From an uncultured Candidatus Saccharibacteria bacterium (GTDB lineage Bacteria; Patescibacteriota; Minisyncoccia; Phycocordibacterales; DATDSR01), in contig CAYGDD010000002.1 of the NCBI GenBank assembly GCA_964348575.1, positions 1-45,882 on the forward strand: a DNA stretch of 45,882 nucleotides, in the 5' to 3' direction. The notes beneath the pieces were generated by a model. The model ran no database searches, was not told the origin of the DNA, and saw only the letters and a program-made list of their open reading frames with translations. Both the position numbers and the translations under genes were made by a program. Shown one piece after another: positions 1 through 9,154 of this stretch. Position 1 is the first letter of the stretch. Every line of letters starts with the position of its first letter.

Positions 1-1785
1 CCCATAGACAACCCTCCAGCGAATCCAATTAACTTTTCTGCTGTATATAGAAGTAATAATAATGATATACGCCTAACTTGGGTTAACACGCCCGAGCCTG
101 ACTTCTCTGTCGTGCGCGTTATGCGCTCTACCACTTTCTTTCCGTCAAGTCCAGGTGACGGCCTACTTATTTATGAAGGTAGTGGCACCTCATATAATGA
201 TACTAATATTGCAGATGGTGTAACTTACTACTATACTGCCTTCTCTAGAGATCTAGCCTCGCAATATTCTTCTGGCGCTATTGCTTTGGAAGAAGTACCA
301 AGGGTGCCTATTGGGGATATTGAGCCCAATGTAGATTTACCTCCCATAGATAAGCCACCTATCGCAGACATCTTTCCTCCTTCAACAGAAAATGTAGTGT
401 GGAACAGTAAGCTCACATTTATTGTTTCTCAAGGGAATAAGGCACAAGCATTTATGCAGGGCTCTGGGCTAGTTATAGATGGGGGGGTTTTAACCACTAT
501 ATATATACCCTATGATGACTTGCCCGAAGTATTGAAGACGATAGTGGTTAGCTTGCGACACCCAAAGGTGAGGGACCGGGTCTTTAACTTCTTACTTAGA
601 GTTGATCCAGGCAAGACTAAATTCTTAGCTAGTGTGGCGCCACTTCTTGATGCTGGTAAATATGACATGACTATTACCTTGCTGGATCACAAGAACGCTC
701 GCTTGCTAAGCTACAAAGGATTTCTGGAAATACCAAAGCTTGCAATAGTTGCAACGCTCAAAGATGGACGTTTTACTAGATTTGCTCCGGCGGGAGGCGT
801 GATAGGCCTGATGGCTGGGTTAACTCAGGTAATTGTGTTGTCAACAAATGTTAAATCTTTATTTGATGTTTATTTAATCATTGCCAGAGCTCTAGGAGCG
901 CTCTTCGGTTTCCTCGGCCTTAGGCGCAAGAGAGTGCCTTGGGGTACTGTGTATGATTCTGTTACTAAGCGACCTCTTGACCCAGCTTATGTAGTAGTTA
1001 CTAGTGCAAATAATTCGAGCACTATATCGGGCAAGCAAATAGCTGATGCTATCACCGATCTTGATGGTCGGTACAGCTTTCTGTTACCAGAGGGGACATA
1101 TATGATTACAGCGGGCAAGACGCACTACACATTCCCCTCAAAGCGCTTAGCAGGTAAAACAAGTGATGAGTTGTATAATAACCTCTACCACGGAGAGAAG
1201 ATCGAGAACTCCTCTGGCCTATTATTAACTCGTAACATACCACTTGATCCTATTGACTTTGACTGGAATGAGTTTGTAAAAGGCAAGCAATCTATTTACA
1301 AGATATATTCTAAACGTCATAAGATTACGACTATTGCGCTAGATATTTTATACTTTTTGGGCTTTGTCTTCACACTTATTTCCTTAGTCTTAAGTCCAAG
1401 CTTCTTTAATGCCATTGTAATGAGTTTTTATGTAATTTTATTTGTAGTAAACATATTTTGGAAGCTCAAATTTAAGGCAGTGCAAATTAAGAACTATTCC
1501 ACAGGGGAGATTTATCCGTTTGCAGTTGTGAGAATATATCTAGCTAGCCTAAATCAGGAAGTCAAGACAGTGGTGGCTGATGAGCTAGGCAGATTTAACC
1601 TACTAGTTTCTCCAGGACAATATTATCTTACAGTAGACGCTAAGGTCGATGACGGCTCTTACATGAGAGTTCATAAGAGTGAAGTTCTGGATTTACCAAA
1701 GGGAGTAATCCGTAAAAATATAATCATAGACGCAGTAGAGGGTAAATTAAAGAAGAGTTTAAGATTTATAAGTTCACCAAGATGA
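1..1785 (+). CDS. Membrane-anchored surface protein, 5'-partial (Fn3-like N-terminal segment, two carboxypeptidase-regulatory-like beta-sandwich domains separated by TM helices)
   Basis: Frame 1 is open from nt 1 (PIDNPPANPINFSAVYRSNNNDIRLTWVNTPEPDFSVVRV precedes the tracked Met at 112), so the gene starts upstream of the window. The segment ...LTWVN...DGVTYYYTAFSRD looks Fn3-like. Two motifs of the type G-x-V-x-D...PL...A-x-V...TDLDGRYSFLLPEGTYMITA and ADELGRFNLLVSPGQYYLTVDA are typical of CarboxypepD_reg. Hydrophobic TM stretches lie at aa ~225-270 and ~405-450. Confidence 0.7.
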   Translation, partial: PIDNPPANPINFSAVYRSNNNDIRLTWVNTPEPDFSVVRVMRSTTFFPSSPGDGLLIYEGSGTSYNDTNIADGVTYYYTAFSRDLASQYSSGAIALEEVPRVPIGDIEPNVDLPPIDKPPIADIFPPSTENVVWNSKLTFIVSQGNKAQAFMQGSGLVIDGGVLTTIYIPYDDLPEVLKTIVVSLRHPKVRDRVFNFLLRVDPGKTKFLASVAPLLDAGKYDMTITLLDHKNARLLSYKGFLEIPKLAIVATLKDGRFTRFAPAGGVIGLMAGLTQVIVLSTNVKSLFDVYLIIARALGALFGFLGLRRKRVPWGTVYDSVTKRPLDPAYVVVTSANNSSTISGKQIADAITDLDGRYSFLLPEGTYMITAGKTHYTFPSKRLAGKTSDELYNNLYHGEKIENSSGLLLTRNIPLDPIDFDWNEFVKGKQSIYKIYSKRHKITTIALDILYFLGFVFTLISLVLSPSFFNAIVMSFYVILFVVNIFWKLKFKAVQIKNYSTGEIYPFAVVRIYLASLNQEVKTVVADELGRFNLLVSPGQYYLTVDAKVDDGSYMRVHKSEVLDLPKGVIRKNIIIDAVEGKLKKSLRFISSPR

Positions 1786-4700
1786 TGTATTATATGAGTA
1801 CATCTTTCATGAATAAGTATACAAGGATGATCTCTCGTCGCATCTTTAGCCTGTTGTTTATTGCAGGTTTGTTTATATTGCTATCTGTGCCCAAGCCAAC
1901 AGTGGCTGCATCTTCAAGCTTTAATAAGTTAATAAATTATCAAGGCAAGCTTACCGATAGTTCGAGCGTGTCAATTAGTGATGGTAGCTATAATATGACC
2001 TTCCGCTTGTACACTACAGCCACAGCTGGGGCACCCCTCTGGCAAGAGGAGTGGACTTCTACAAGTACTCAAGTTGTTGTAACAGGTGGGCTCTTCAGTG
2101 TCCTTTTGGGTTCTAATCTCGCTCTAACATCGGTTGACTTTAACCAAGGACTATATTTGGGAGTGGAGATTGGGAGCACAACTACTACACCCGTCTGGGA
2201 CGGAGAAATGACCCCAAGGAAAAGGCTCGGAGCCGTGCCGGCCGCCTTTGAAGCAGATAAGTTAGACGGTCTAGATTCTAGCCAGTTCGTGCGCTCGGAT
2301 GATTCGGGCACGATTGCATCTAGCTCAGCTTCAACCCTCCTCGCCCTAACCCAATCTGGGGCAGGTAATATATTTAGTCTAGCTAATTCTGCCGGAGCAG
2401 TGTTCACTGTTACCAACAGTGGCAATATTGGTATAGGTACAACTAGTCCTTACGCCGCTTTGTCCATAGTGGGTAGTACTGGTGTAGTGGCCGGTAAGTA
2501 CCATGCAACCAATACTAATGCCACTAGTACTTTCGCTGGGGAAGCTGTTTTTAGTGGACGCGTAGGTATTGGCACTACTAGTCCATACACAGCGCACGCA
2601 TTAATGGTGGCAGGTAATGGCGGCACGCAGTTAGACATCGACGGTGATTCTGGCACTGGTGCTACAGTTGGCATAAACATAACAAGTAATACTAGCCGGT
2701 CGTGGCAGGTTGGCGTTAAGGGTACGAACGAGTCAGGGGCGTTTATAATTTATGATTCAACAGCAGGAGTGAGGCGACTCACAATAGATAGTATTGGTAA
2801 TTTTGGCATCGGCACCACTTCTCCATACGCCAAACTCTCAGTAGTAGGTGAGGTGGTGGCTAGTCACTTTACCGGTACTACTAGCGCTAGTTCTACTTTC
2901 GGGGGGCCACTGTCTGTGGCGGGCACGGCCACAAGTACTTGGACTGGCAACGGTGTTAATATCACAGGCGGTGGGTGTTTCGCCATTAGTGGTACTTGCG
3001 TGGGGAGTATCAGTGGTAGTGGTAGTGCTGGTCGCCTGACATTTTGGAATGGCGCAAGCTCCATCACTTCTACTTCTACCTTCATCTGGGATGACAATAC
3101 GGGCAGATTAGGTATTGGCACAAGCTCGCCCTCGAGAATGATATCCGTAGTAGGGGGATCTGGATTCTTTGGTCTTGGGGATGCGGTGAGCTCGAGTACA
3201 CTAGTACGAGCATCTAACATTAGTACACTGGGTGGCTATACATTCTCAGCAAGTCAAGGCAGATATGTGTATCTACACTCAAGTACTGTTTTAGCTACGT
3301 TGTTTATTGGTCCAAATGCCAGCACTACCCTAGTTTCCAGCATAACCACAGCTACTGCGGGTGGGGGACGTATAAAAATAGACGGACAGTATCTCTATGT
3401 GTCACACGACACAGGTTCAACAGGTTCAGTAGACATTTTTGACATTTCTAGACCTTCAAAGCCAGAATTGGTCGGAGTAGTTGAACCTGCTACTAGGATA
3501 GGTGGGTTCGCTGTGGCGGGAGGTTTTCTGTATATTTCGCCACTTGATCAGACACTAAGAGCCTACGATGTGTCTAACCCTAATGCCCCAGTGTTATTAA
3601 AAATTTATACAACTCCTGGAGTGGGAGCTAACCTATCGCGCTTGACCGTAAATGGTAGATATATATTTGCAAGAGCGGGGAATAACAATGTGATGATCCT
3701 AGATATAGCCGACCCGACTAATATAAAGCTTGTGTCCAACTTCTCGACCACCGCTGGAGCCCAGTCGCTAGAAGTGAATGGTAGATACCTGCATGTGGGC
3801 ACAGTACAAAATGCTTCTGTGAACGAGTACCAGATATACGATCTTATTGACCCATATGCCCCTGCCTTAATGGGTGGGGTTGAGTTTGGAAAGGATGTAG
3901 AAACCGTCCGAGTAAGTGGACGGTATGCGTATATTGGCATTGATACAAATTCTGCCGGGCCAGAAATTTTTGTTTACGATATTGCTGACCCATTGGCGCC
4001 CGTGGCCGTAGCCTCTAATGAAGTTGGCAACCACGTATATGGTATTGAATTAATAGGTAGATATATTGTGGCAAGCACTAATTCTGGCTCTGGGCTTATT
4101 ATTTATGAGAACTCGTCTGTTGAGTCTGCTTCGGTCCTTGCTCACTACCTTGAGGCTGGCAGGGCGAGTGTGATAAGAGATCTGGTGGTGGGGGGCCAGG
4201 CATTTCTCAATACTTCTCTCAATGTAGGTATGGGAGGAATTGGGTCACTAGGTGCAGGCGCATTCAGGGTCTTCTCTACCAGTTCTATAGCCGTACTTCC
4301 TGCCATTGGAGGGTCGGTAACAGATGGTTCAAATAATACCGTAGCTAATGTTCTCAACTTAGCTCACTATGCCACCACGAGCGTTGGTGTGAGGGCGGGT
4401 ATTGGAGCTGGCCTTACCTTCTCGGCACAGAACAATGCCACTACCTCAACTACTACTGCCAGTGTTGCTGGCATACTTACTGATACATCTACGACTTCAC
4501 CTGCCGGAGCCCTTACTTTCTCTACCAAAGGTAGCAGCATAGGCCTTAGTGAACGTATGCGTATTACTTCTACTGGCCTAGTTGGCATCGGGACAACTAG
4601 TCCCTACGCCGCTCTCTCTGTAGTAGGCTCAACGGGTGTAGTGGCGGATAAATACTTCGCCACTTCTACTATTGCAACTAGTACCTTCATGAGCACATTG

Positions 4701-5675
4701 GCTATTGCTACTACCACGCCACTATCGAATGCAATATTCGTGGTAGCTACTTCCTCGGGCACGGCCTTGGTAATAAATAGAAGCAATGGCTATGTCGGTG
4801 TGGGCACTACAACTCCCACAGGCCAGTTCTCAGTAAATGGTTCAGTCTTTTTAAAGAACATCAGTATAAGCGCGGCTGGAGATTCTGCCATTTGTTCTAC
4901 CTTGGGGGGTGAGATACGTCTAGCTTTGGGCCAAACTGACTGTATTATGTCATCGGCGCGTTATAAGGAGAGCATCAGTGATCTTGATCAGGGTCTTGAC
5001 ATTATTAGACGTCTACGACCTGTTAGCTATAACTACATCGGCCTTGAGGGACGACATGTCGGATTTATTGCCGAAGAAGTTGATAAGATTGACCCTAGGC
5101 TAGTTGCCAGAGACCCTGAGGGCATCATCAGAAGTGTGAGGTATAGTGAGACTGTGGCCATCCTTGCTCGTGCCATTCAGGAGCTAGATACAAAGCTTGC
5201 AACCTCACTTAACTCTAATCTATCAGCTTTTAGTAGCAACTCTCTAAGCATACTTGCTTTAGCAGGAAAAGGCATAAGTGAAGTAAGTTATCTTAATGAT
5301 GTAAATAGTAACTGGAGTATCTCATCTGATGGTCTCTTGCGCACGCGTGAAGTGCGCACACAGAGATTGTGTGTGGGTAGTGTGTGCATTAACGAGCTAG
5401 ACCTGCGAGCTTTACTTATAAAAAATGACATATACATTAACGGTCCAGAAGAGAATGGTCTCCCTGCTCCCGTAGTTGATATCAGCCCCACACAGACGCC
5501 TACTAGTACACCGGTGGAAGAAATAATACCTACTAGCACAACAACCCCTACCACCACGCCCACTACCGTTATTACTCCACAGCAAAGCTTAACTCCCACC
5601 AGCACTCCAGTTGCGCTACCCCAAGTGCCACTTTTGTCACCCACTAGCACCCCCACTACTACCAACCAGCAATAG
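1782..5675 (+). CDS. Giant secreted fibre-like surface protein (signal anchor, GIGTTSP collar repeats, LVIVD-type beta-propeller, tail-fibre intramolecular chaperone/peptidase S74-like domain, Pro/Thr-rich tail)
   Basis: 1297-aa ORF with an ATGA overlap onto the upstream gene. The N-terminus is hydrophobic (IFSLLFIAGLFILLSVPKPTVAASS). There are six copies of G-x-[IVLF]-G-[IV]-G-T-[TS]-[ST]-P followed by ...LSVVG. About seven blades have the form x-G-[RQ]-Y-x-[YF]...[LI]-x-[IV]-[YF]-D-[IV]-[SA]-[DRN]-P. SSARYKESISDL...HVGFIAEEVDKIDPRL...SETVAILARAIQELDTKL resembles the endosialidase/tail-spike chaperone domain. The last ~90 aa are mostly P/T. Confidence 0.85.
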   Translation: MMYYMSTSFMNKYTRMISRRIFSLLFIAGLFILLSVPKPTVAASSSFNKLINYQGKLTDSSSVSISDGSYNMTFRLYTTATAGAPLWQEEWTSTSTQVVVTGGLFSVLLGSNLALTSVDFNQGLYLGVEIGSTTTTPVWDGEMTPRKRLGAVPAAFEADKLDGLDSSQFVRSDDSGTIASSSASTLLALTQSGAGNIFSLANSAGAVFTVTNSGNIGIGTTSPYAALSIVGSTGVVAGKYHATNTNATSTFAGEAVFSGRVGIGTTSPYTAHALMVAGNGGTQLDIDGDSGTGATVGINITSNTSRSWQVGVKGTNESGAFIIYDSTAGVRRLTIDSIGNFGIGTTSPYAKLSVVGEVVASHFTGTTSASSTFGGPLSVAGTATSTWTGNGVNITGGGCFAISGTCVGSISGSGSAGRLTFWNGASSITSTSTFIWDDNTGRLGIGTSSPSRMISVVGGSGFFGLGDAVSSSTLVRASNISTLGGYTFSASQGRYVYLHSSTVLATLFIGPNASTTLVSSITTATAGGGRIKIDGQYLYVSHDTGSTGSVDIFDISRPSKPELVGVVEPATRIGGFAVAGGFLYISPLDQTLRAYDVSNPNAPVLLKIYTTPGVGANLSRLTVNGRYIFARAGNNNVMILDIADPTNIKLVSNFSTTAGAQSLEVNGRYLHVGTVQNASVNEYQIYDLIDPYAPALMGGVEFGKDVETVRVSGRYAYIGIDTNSAGPEIFVYDIADPLAPVAVASNEVGNHVYGIELIGRYIVASTNSGSGLIIYENSSVESASVLAHYLEAGRASVIRDLVVGGQAFLNTSLNVGMGGIGSLGAGAFRVFSTSSIAVLPAIGGSVTDGSNNTVANVLNLAHYATTSVGVRAGIGAGLTFSAQNNATTSTTTASVAGILTDTSTTSPAGALTFSTKGSSIGLSERMRITSTGLVGIGTTSPYAALSVVGSTGVVADKYFATSTIATSTFMSTLAIATTTPLSNAIFVVATSSGTALVINRSNGYVGVGTTTPTGQFSVNGSVFLKNISISAAGDSAICSTLGGEIRLALGQTDCIMSSARYKESISDLDQGLDIIRRLRPVSYNYIGLEGRHVGFIAEEVDKIDPRLVARDPEGIIRSVRYSETVAILARAIQELDTKLATSLNSNLSAFSSNSLSILALAGKGISEVSYLNDVNSNWSISSDGLLRTREVRTQRLCVGSVCINELDLRALLIKNDIYINGPEENGLPAPVVDISPTQTPTSTPVEEIIPTSTTTPTTTPTTVITPQQSLTPTSTPVALPQVPLLSPTSTPTTTNQQ

Positions 5676-5683
5676 GTGGGGAT

Positions 5684-5712
5684 TTGCCCTAAGGTCAGAG
5701 CTAGCGTAGAAT
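5684..5712 (+). promoter_or_regulatory. Candidate promoter of mreB-1 (TTGCCC-17-TAGAAT), -10 only 6 nt upstream of the ATG
   Basis: TTGCCC at 5684-5689, 17-nt spacer, TAGAAT at 5707-5712, ATG at 5719. No SD lies in between. Confidence 0.45.
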
Positions 5713-5718
5713 GCCCGC

Positions 5719-6732
5719 ATGGCCTTCTTTATACGCAAATTGGGAATTGACCTCGGCACTGCTAACACACTCGTTTATGTGCCGGAGGAGGGGATAGTGC
5801 TCAACGAGCCCTCAGTTGTGGCCGTGTCAGAGATAGATAAGCGTGTCATGGCGGTAGGCCTTGAGGCTAAGGAGATGATAGGACGCACTCCCGATAACAT
5901 TGTGGCCTATAGGCCGATGAAGGATGGTGTCATCGCGGACTATAGGATTACTGAGGCTATGTTGCGTTACTATATGAATAAGGCTTTAGGTAAATGGAAT
6001 ATTTTTAAACCAGAGGTAATGGTGAGCGTACCCGCCGGCGTAACTTCAACAGAGAGGCGGGCCGTGGTAGAAGCTGCCATTAAGGCCGGGGCAAAGAACG
6101 CATATGTAGTTAAGGAGCCAATTCTTGCCGCTATCGGCGCCGGTATACCCATATACGAGGCTAAAGGACATATGGTGGTGGACATAGGTGGTGGTACGAC
6201 AGACGTAGCCGTGATCTCTCTTGGTGGCATTGTGGCCTCTACCAGTGTTAAGTGCGCTGGGGACAAGATCGATCAGGCCATCGCGGATTATATAAAGAAG
6301 ACCTTCAACCTCGCTATAGGTGATAAGACAGCGGAGGATGTTAAGATCAAGATTGGCTCAGCCCTACCTCTTAGTGTAGAGGAGAAGCATCCTGTAAAGG
6401 GCCGAGACTTCTTAACTGGGTTACCTAGGACTATTGAGATCAGCACAAACCAAATAGTGGTAGCTATAGATAATGAGCTAAAGCAGATTGTCAGGGCCAT
6501 TAGGGATGTCTTTCAAGAAACGCCCCCAGAACTAGCTTCAGATATTATTGACCAAGGTATTATAATGACCGGTGGTAGCTCCCAACTGCCTAACTTACCA
6601 GAACTAATCCACAAACGCACTGGAGTTAAAGCTAGTCTGGCCAATGACCCTCTGTACTGCGTGGTTAGGGGTACCGGTATTGCTCTAGAGCATCTTGAGA
6701 CTTATAAGAAAAGTATTTTATCTAAGCGCTAA
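5719..6732 (+). CDS. mreB: Rod-shape-determining actin homolog MreB (paralog 1)
   Basis: 337 aa with GIDLGTANTLVY, VVDIGGGTTDVAVISLGGIV and the full actin-fold ATPase signature. Confidence 0.93.
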   Translation: MAFFIRKLGIDLGTANTLVYVPEEGIVLNEPSVVAVSEIDKRVMAVGLEAKEMIGRTPDNIVAYRPMKDGVIADYRITEAMLRYYMNKALGKWNIFKPEVMVSVPAGVTSTERRAVVEAAIKAGAKNAYVVKEPILAAIGAGIPIYEAKGHMVVDIGGGTTDVAVISLGGIVASTSVKCAGDKIDQAIADYIKKTFNLAIGDKTAEDVKIKIGSALPLSVEEKHPVKGRDFLTGLPRTIEISTNQIVVAIDNELKQIVRAIRDVFQETPPELASDIIDQGIIMTGGSSQLPNLPELIHKRTGVKASLANDPLYCVVRGTGIALEHLETYKKSILSKR

Positions 6733-7370
6733 TGAGGCTAACTGAGTTTTTGAAATTCTTTGATGCAGTAGAGAGTAGTGTGCTTATACTTGAGCCGGTA
6801 GACAAGCATAATCTAGCCAAGATCCTCACCCAAAATAGATATGACGTGCAGACTCTAATCTACTCTGAGTTTGGTATTACTGAGGCACTTACTGTTAGAG
6901 ATCTAGTTTCCCGCACTAGCGGTAGCAGTAAGAGGGTTACAATAGTTGAATTATCAAGTATTAGTCTTGAGGCTCAGAACGCCTTGCTTAAAGTCCTAGA
7001 GGAGCTACCAGCCAACTCTCTGTTTGTATTTATTGTGCCTAGCGCGCAGATGCTTATTGCTACTATACGCTCGCGCTGTATTAATCTGGGCACTACCCCA
7101 ACCTTAGCCGGCGGGCAAGCTCAAGAATTTATACAAAGTGAACCCTCCGGTCGTCGCTTAGCCTATCTAGATGCAGACGGAGAAGTGGTGACAGAGAGCT
7201 TGACCAGACTCCTAGATGGGCTGGAGTTAGAGATTGGCCAAAAGTCCCTCCCTGCGCAGGCTGGAATTTTAAGAGAAATTATCCGACTTAGGAAGCTGAT
7301 GATTAATCGTGAGATCTCTGGTAAAATGGCTCTTGAGCAATTAGTAGCCATTATCCCTCAAGAAGTCTAA
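6732..7370 (+). CDS. holB: DNA polymerase III delta-prime-like clamp-loader subunit (short, no P-loop)
   Basis: 212 aa with ALLKVLEELP and ATIRSRC motifs typical of delta-prime/gamma-tau AAA+ sensor regions. No GxxGxGK is seen at the N-terminus. Confidence 0.6.
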   Translation: MRLTEFLKFFDAVESSVLILEPVDKHNLAKILTQNRYDVQTLIYSEFGITEALTVRDLVSRTSGSSKRVTIVELSSISLEAQNALLKVLEELPANSLFVFIVPSAQMLIATIRSRCINLGTTPTLAGGQAQEFIQSEPSGRRLAYLDADGEVVTESLTRLLDGLELEIGQKSLPAQAGILREIIRLRKLMINREISGKMALEQLVAIIPQEV

Positions 7371-7398
7371 ATTAAAGTTAAAAAGTAGTATATTTGCA

Positions 7399-7947
7399 AT
7401 GTATAATTTTTCAAAGTTTAAAGAATCGTTAGAAAGCGTCCTTAACTGGCAGGACAATGAGTATGCCTCCCTTCGTACAGGTCGAGCCACTCCCACATTA
7501 TTAGATGGAGTCCTTGTGGATACATATGGCACTAAGACTAAGATTAGTCACGTAGCTAATATGTCTATAGAAGATGCTAAGACCTTGCGCATAACCCCTT
7601 GGGATAAGAGCAGTATCAAGGGTATAGAAAGTGCCATTCAAGCAGCTAACTTAGGCGTAAGTGTTATTGTAGATGGCGAGGGTATTAGAGTCATCTTCCC
7701 TGACTTAACCTCCGAACGCAGAAAGATGATGGAGAAGGTGGTCGGAGAGAAGTGTGAGCAAGCAAGGATATCAATCAAGAAGGAACGCGAAGCAATTTGG
7801 AATAATATAGTATCAAAGGAGAAAGAGGGAGGACTATCAGAAGATGAGAAGTACTCTGCCAAAGAGGCCCTACAGCAGATAGTAGATGAGTACAACAATA
7901 AGTTAGAAGAACGAGCGAGGAAAAAGGTAGTAGAACTAGCACAGTAA
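7399..7947 (+). CDS. frr: Ribosome recycling factor
   Basis: 182 aa with typical RRF sequence (LRTGRATPTLLDGVLVDTYG, RITPWDKS, LTSERRKMMEK). TAGTAT (7386-7391) lies 7 nt upstream of the ATG. Confidence 0.93.
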   Translation: MYNFSKFKESLESVLNWQDNEYASLRTGRATPTLLDGVLVDTYGTKTKISHVANMSIEDAKTLRITPWDKSSIKGIESAIQAANLGVSVIVDGEGIRVIFPDLTSERRKMMEKVVGEKCEQARISIKKEREAIWNNIVSKEKEGGLSEDEKYSAKEALQQIVDEYNNKLEERARKKVVELAQ

Positions 7948-7955
7948 TTATAATT

Positions 7956-9011
7956 ATGAGCATTATTATCTTTTTTGTTGTTCTTGTAGCGCTCATCACC
8001 TTCCATGAGCTTGGCCACTTTATTGTGGCTAAGCTCTCTGGCATAAGAGTAGACGAGTTTGGCCTTGGCCTACCCCCTAGGATATGGGGCACAATGTGGA
8101 GAGGCACTCTCTACTCTATTAACTACTTGCCTTTTGGAGGTTTTGTAAAAATATATGGCGAAGATTCAAGTGGGCTTAATTTACCAGATGCAAGCGACAG
8201 CTTTGTCGCTAAGAATAAGCTAACACAAAGCGCAGTTGTTTTGGCTGGGATTTTTTTTAACTTAGTGCTTGCCTTCTTTGCTGTCTGGCTAGCGATTAGT
8301 ATTGGTGTGCCGATGCCAACTAATATGCTACCTAATCATATTGATTTATACACTAACAAGCAGGTTATAATTACGGCCGTAGTACCTGGCTCCTCTGCGA
8401 AGGAGGCTGGTGTAGTTGCCGGCTCAAAGGTAGTTTCTATTAGTTCGCCAAGTGAGCAAGTGGTGGTGACAGACTCTGATGATATTATAAACTTTGCCAA
8501 GCGTTATCCCAACGTGGCCCTAGAACTTAAGACAGATGGCAGTACTTATAGCGTGACTCCTAGCCCATACATTGGCATAGAGTTAGACACAGTGGGAGAT
8601 ATTAAATTGCCCGTCTTGGATGCCCTAATAGTAACACCGCGAGTTAGTTACTATCTTTTTATAGGAACAATGCACGGACTTAAATCATTTATTGTAGGTC
8701 TATTTTCTGGAATGGGTCTATCAGGTGTAGTTGGTCCCATTGGCATTGCTAGTCTAGTGGGAGAAGCAAGTAGTGTGGGCTTTGGCAATCTGCTTGTCCT
8801 AGTTGCTGCTTTGTCTATGTCTTTGGCAGTAATTAATCTTGTGCCCTTCCCAGCTCTTGATGGCGGGCGTTTTGCCATAATCTGCATAGAGGGTATTATC
8901 CGCAGGCCGATCAATTCTAAGGTTGTAAACTATATTAACTCAATAGGCTTCGCCCTGCTCATCCTCCTGATGCTAGTAATCTCTTACAGAGATATAGCAA
9001 ATTTACTCTAG
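7956..9011 (+). CDS. rseP: Site-2 (M50) zinc metalloprotease RseP/RasP family with PDZ domain
   Basis: 351 aa with HELGH in the first TM helix, a central PDZ-like segment (AKEAGVVAGSKVVSI) and a C-terminal NLVPFPALDGG motif. Confidence 0.88.
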   Translation: MSIIIFFVVLVALITFHELGHFIVAKLSGIRVDEFGLGLPPRIWGTMWRGTLYSINYLPFGGFVKIYGEDSSGLNLPDASDSFVAKNKLTQSAVVLAGIFFNLVLAFFAVWLAISIGVPMPTNMLPNHIDLYTNKQVIITAVVPGSSAKEAGVVAGSKVVSISSPSEQVVVTDSDDIINFAKRYPNVALELKTDGSTYSVTPSPYIGIELDTVGDIKLPVLDALIVTPRVSYYLFIGTMHGLKSFIVGLFSGMGLSGVVGPIGIASLVGEASSVGFGNLLVLVAALSMSLAVINLVPFPALDGGRFAIICIEGIIRRPINSKVVNYINSIGFALLILLMLVISYRDIANLL

Positions 9012-9154
9012 CTGAATCCAAGCTTGTTCCTAAAAACACGGCCGTCTTTCTGTGTACAACGACTTTATAATTACAACACGCCTCTCCAAAAAAGTAGGTT
9101 AGACCTCTTTTTGAGAAAATTGTGGGGAATGGGTACGTGTGCTAATATTGGCCT

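Noticed and set aside
2069-5665. Many 60-125-aa ORFs antisense to, or out of frame within, the 1297-aa gene (for example 2069-2425, 2864-3220, 3605-3940, 5288-5665).
   Set aside because: They lie entirely inside a long ORF that has clear domain signatures. Their translations are low-complexity shadows of the Gly/Thr/Ser/Val-rich frame.
5460-5670. Repetitive ACx/CCx-rich DNA that could be mistaken for a tandem-repeat or CRISPR-like locus.
   Set aside because: It is the in-frame Pro/Thr-rich C-terminal tail of the 1297-aa protein. The repeats are degenerate and have no spacers.
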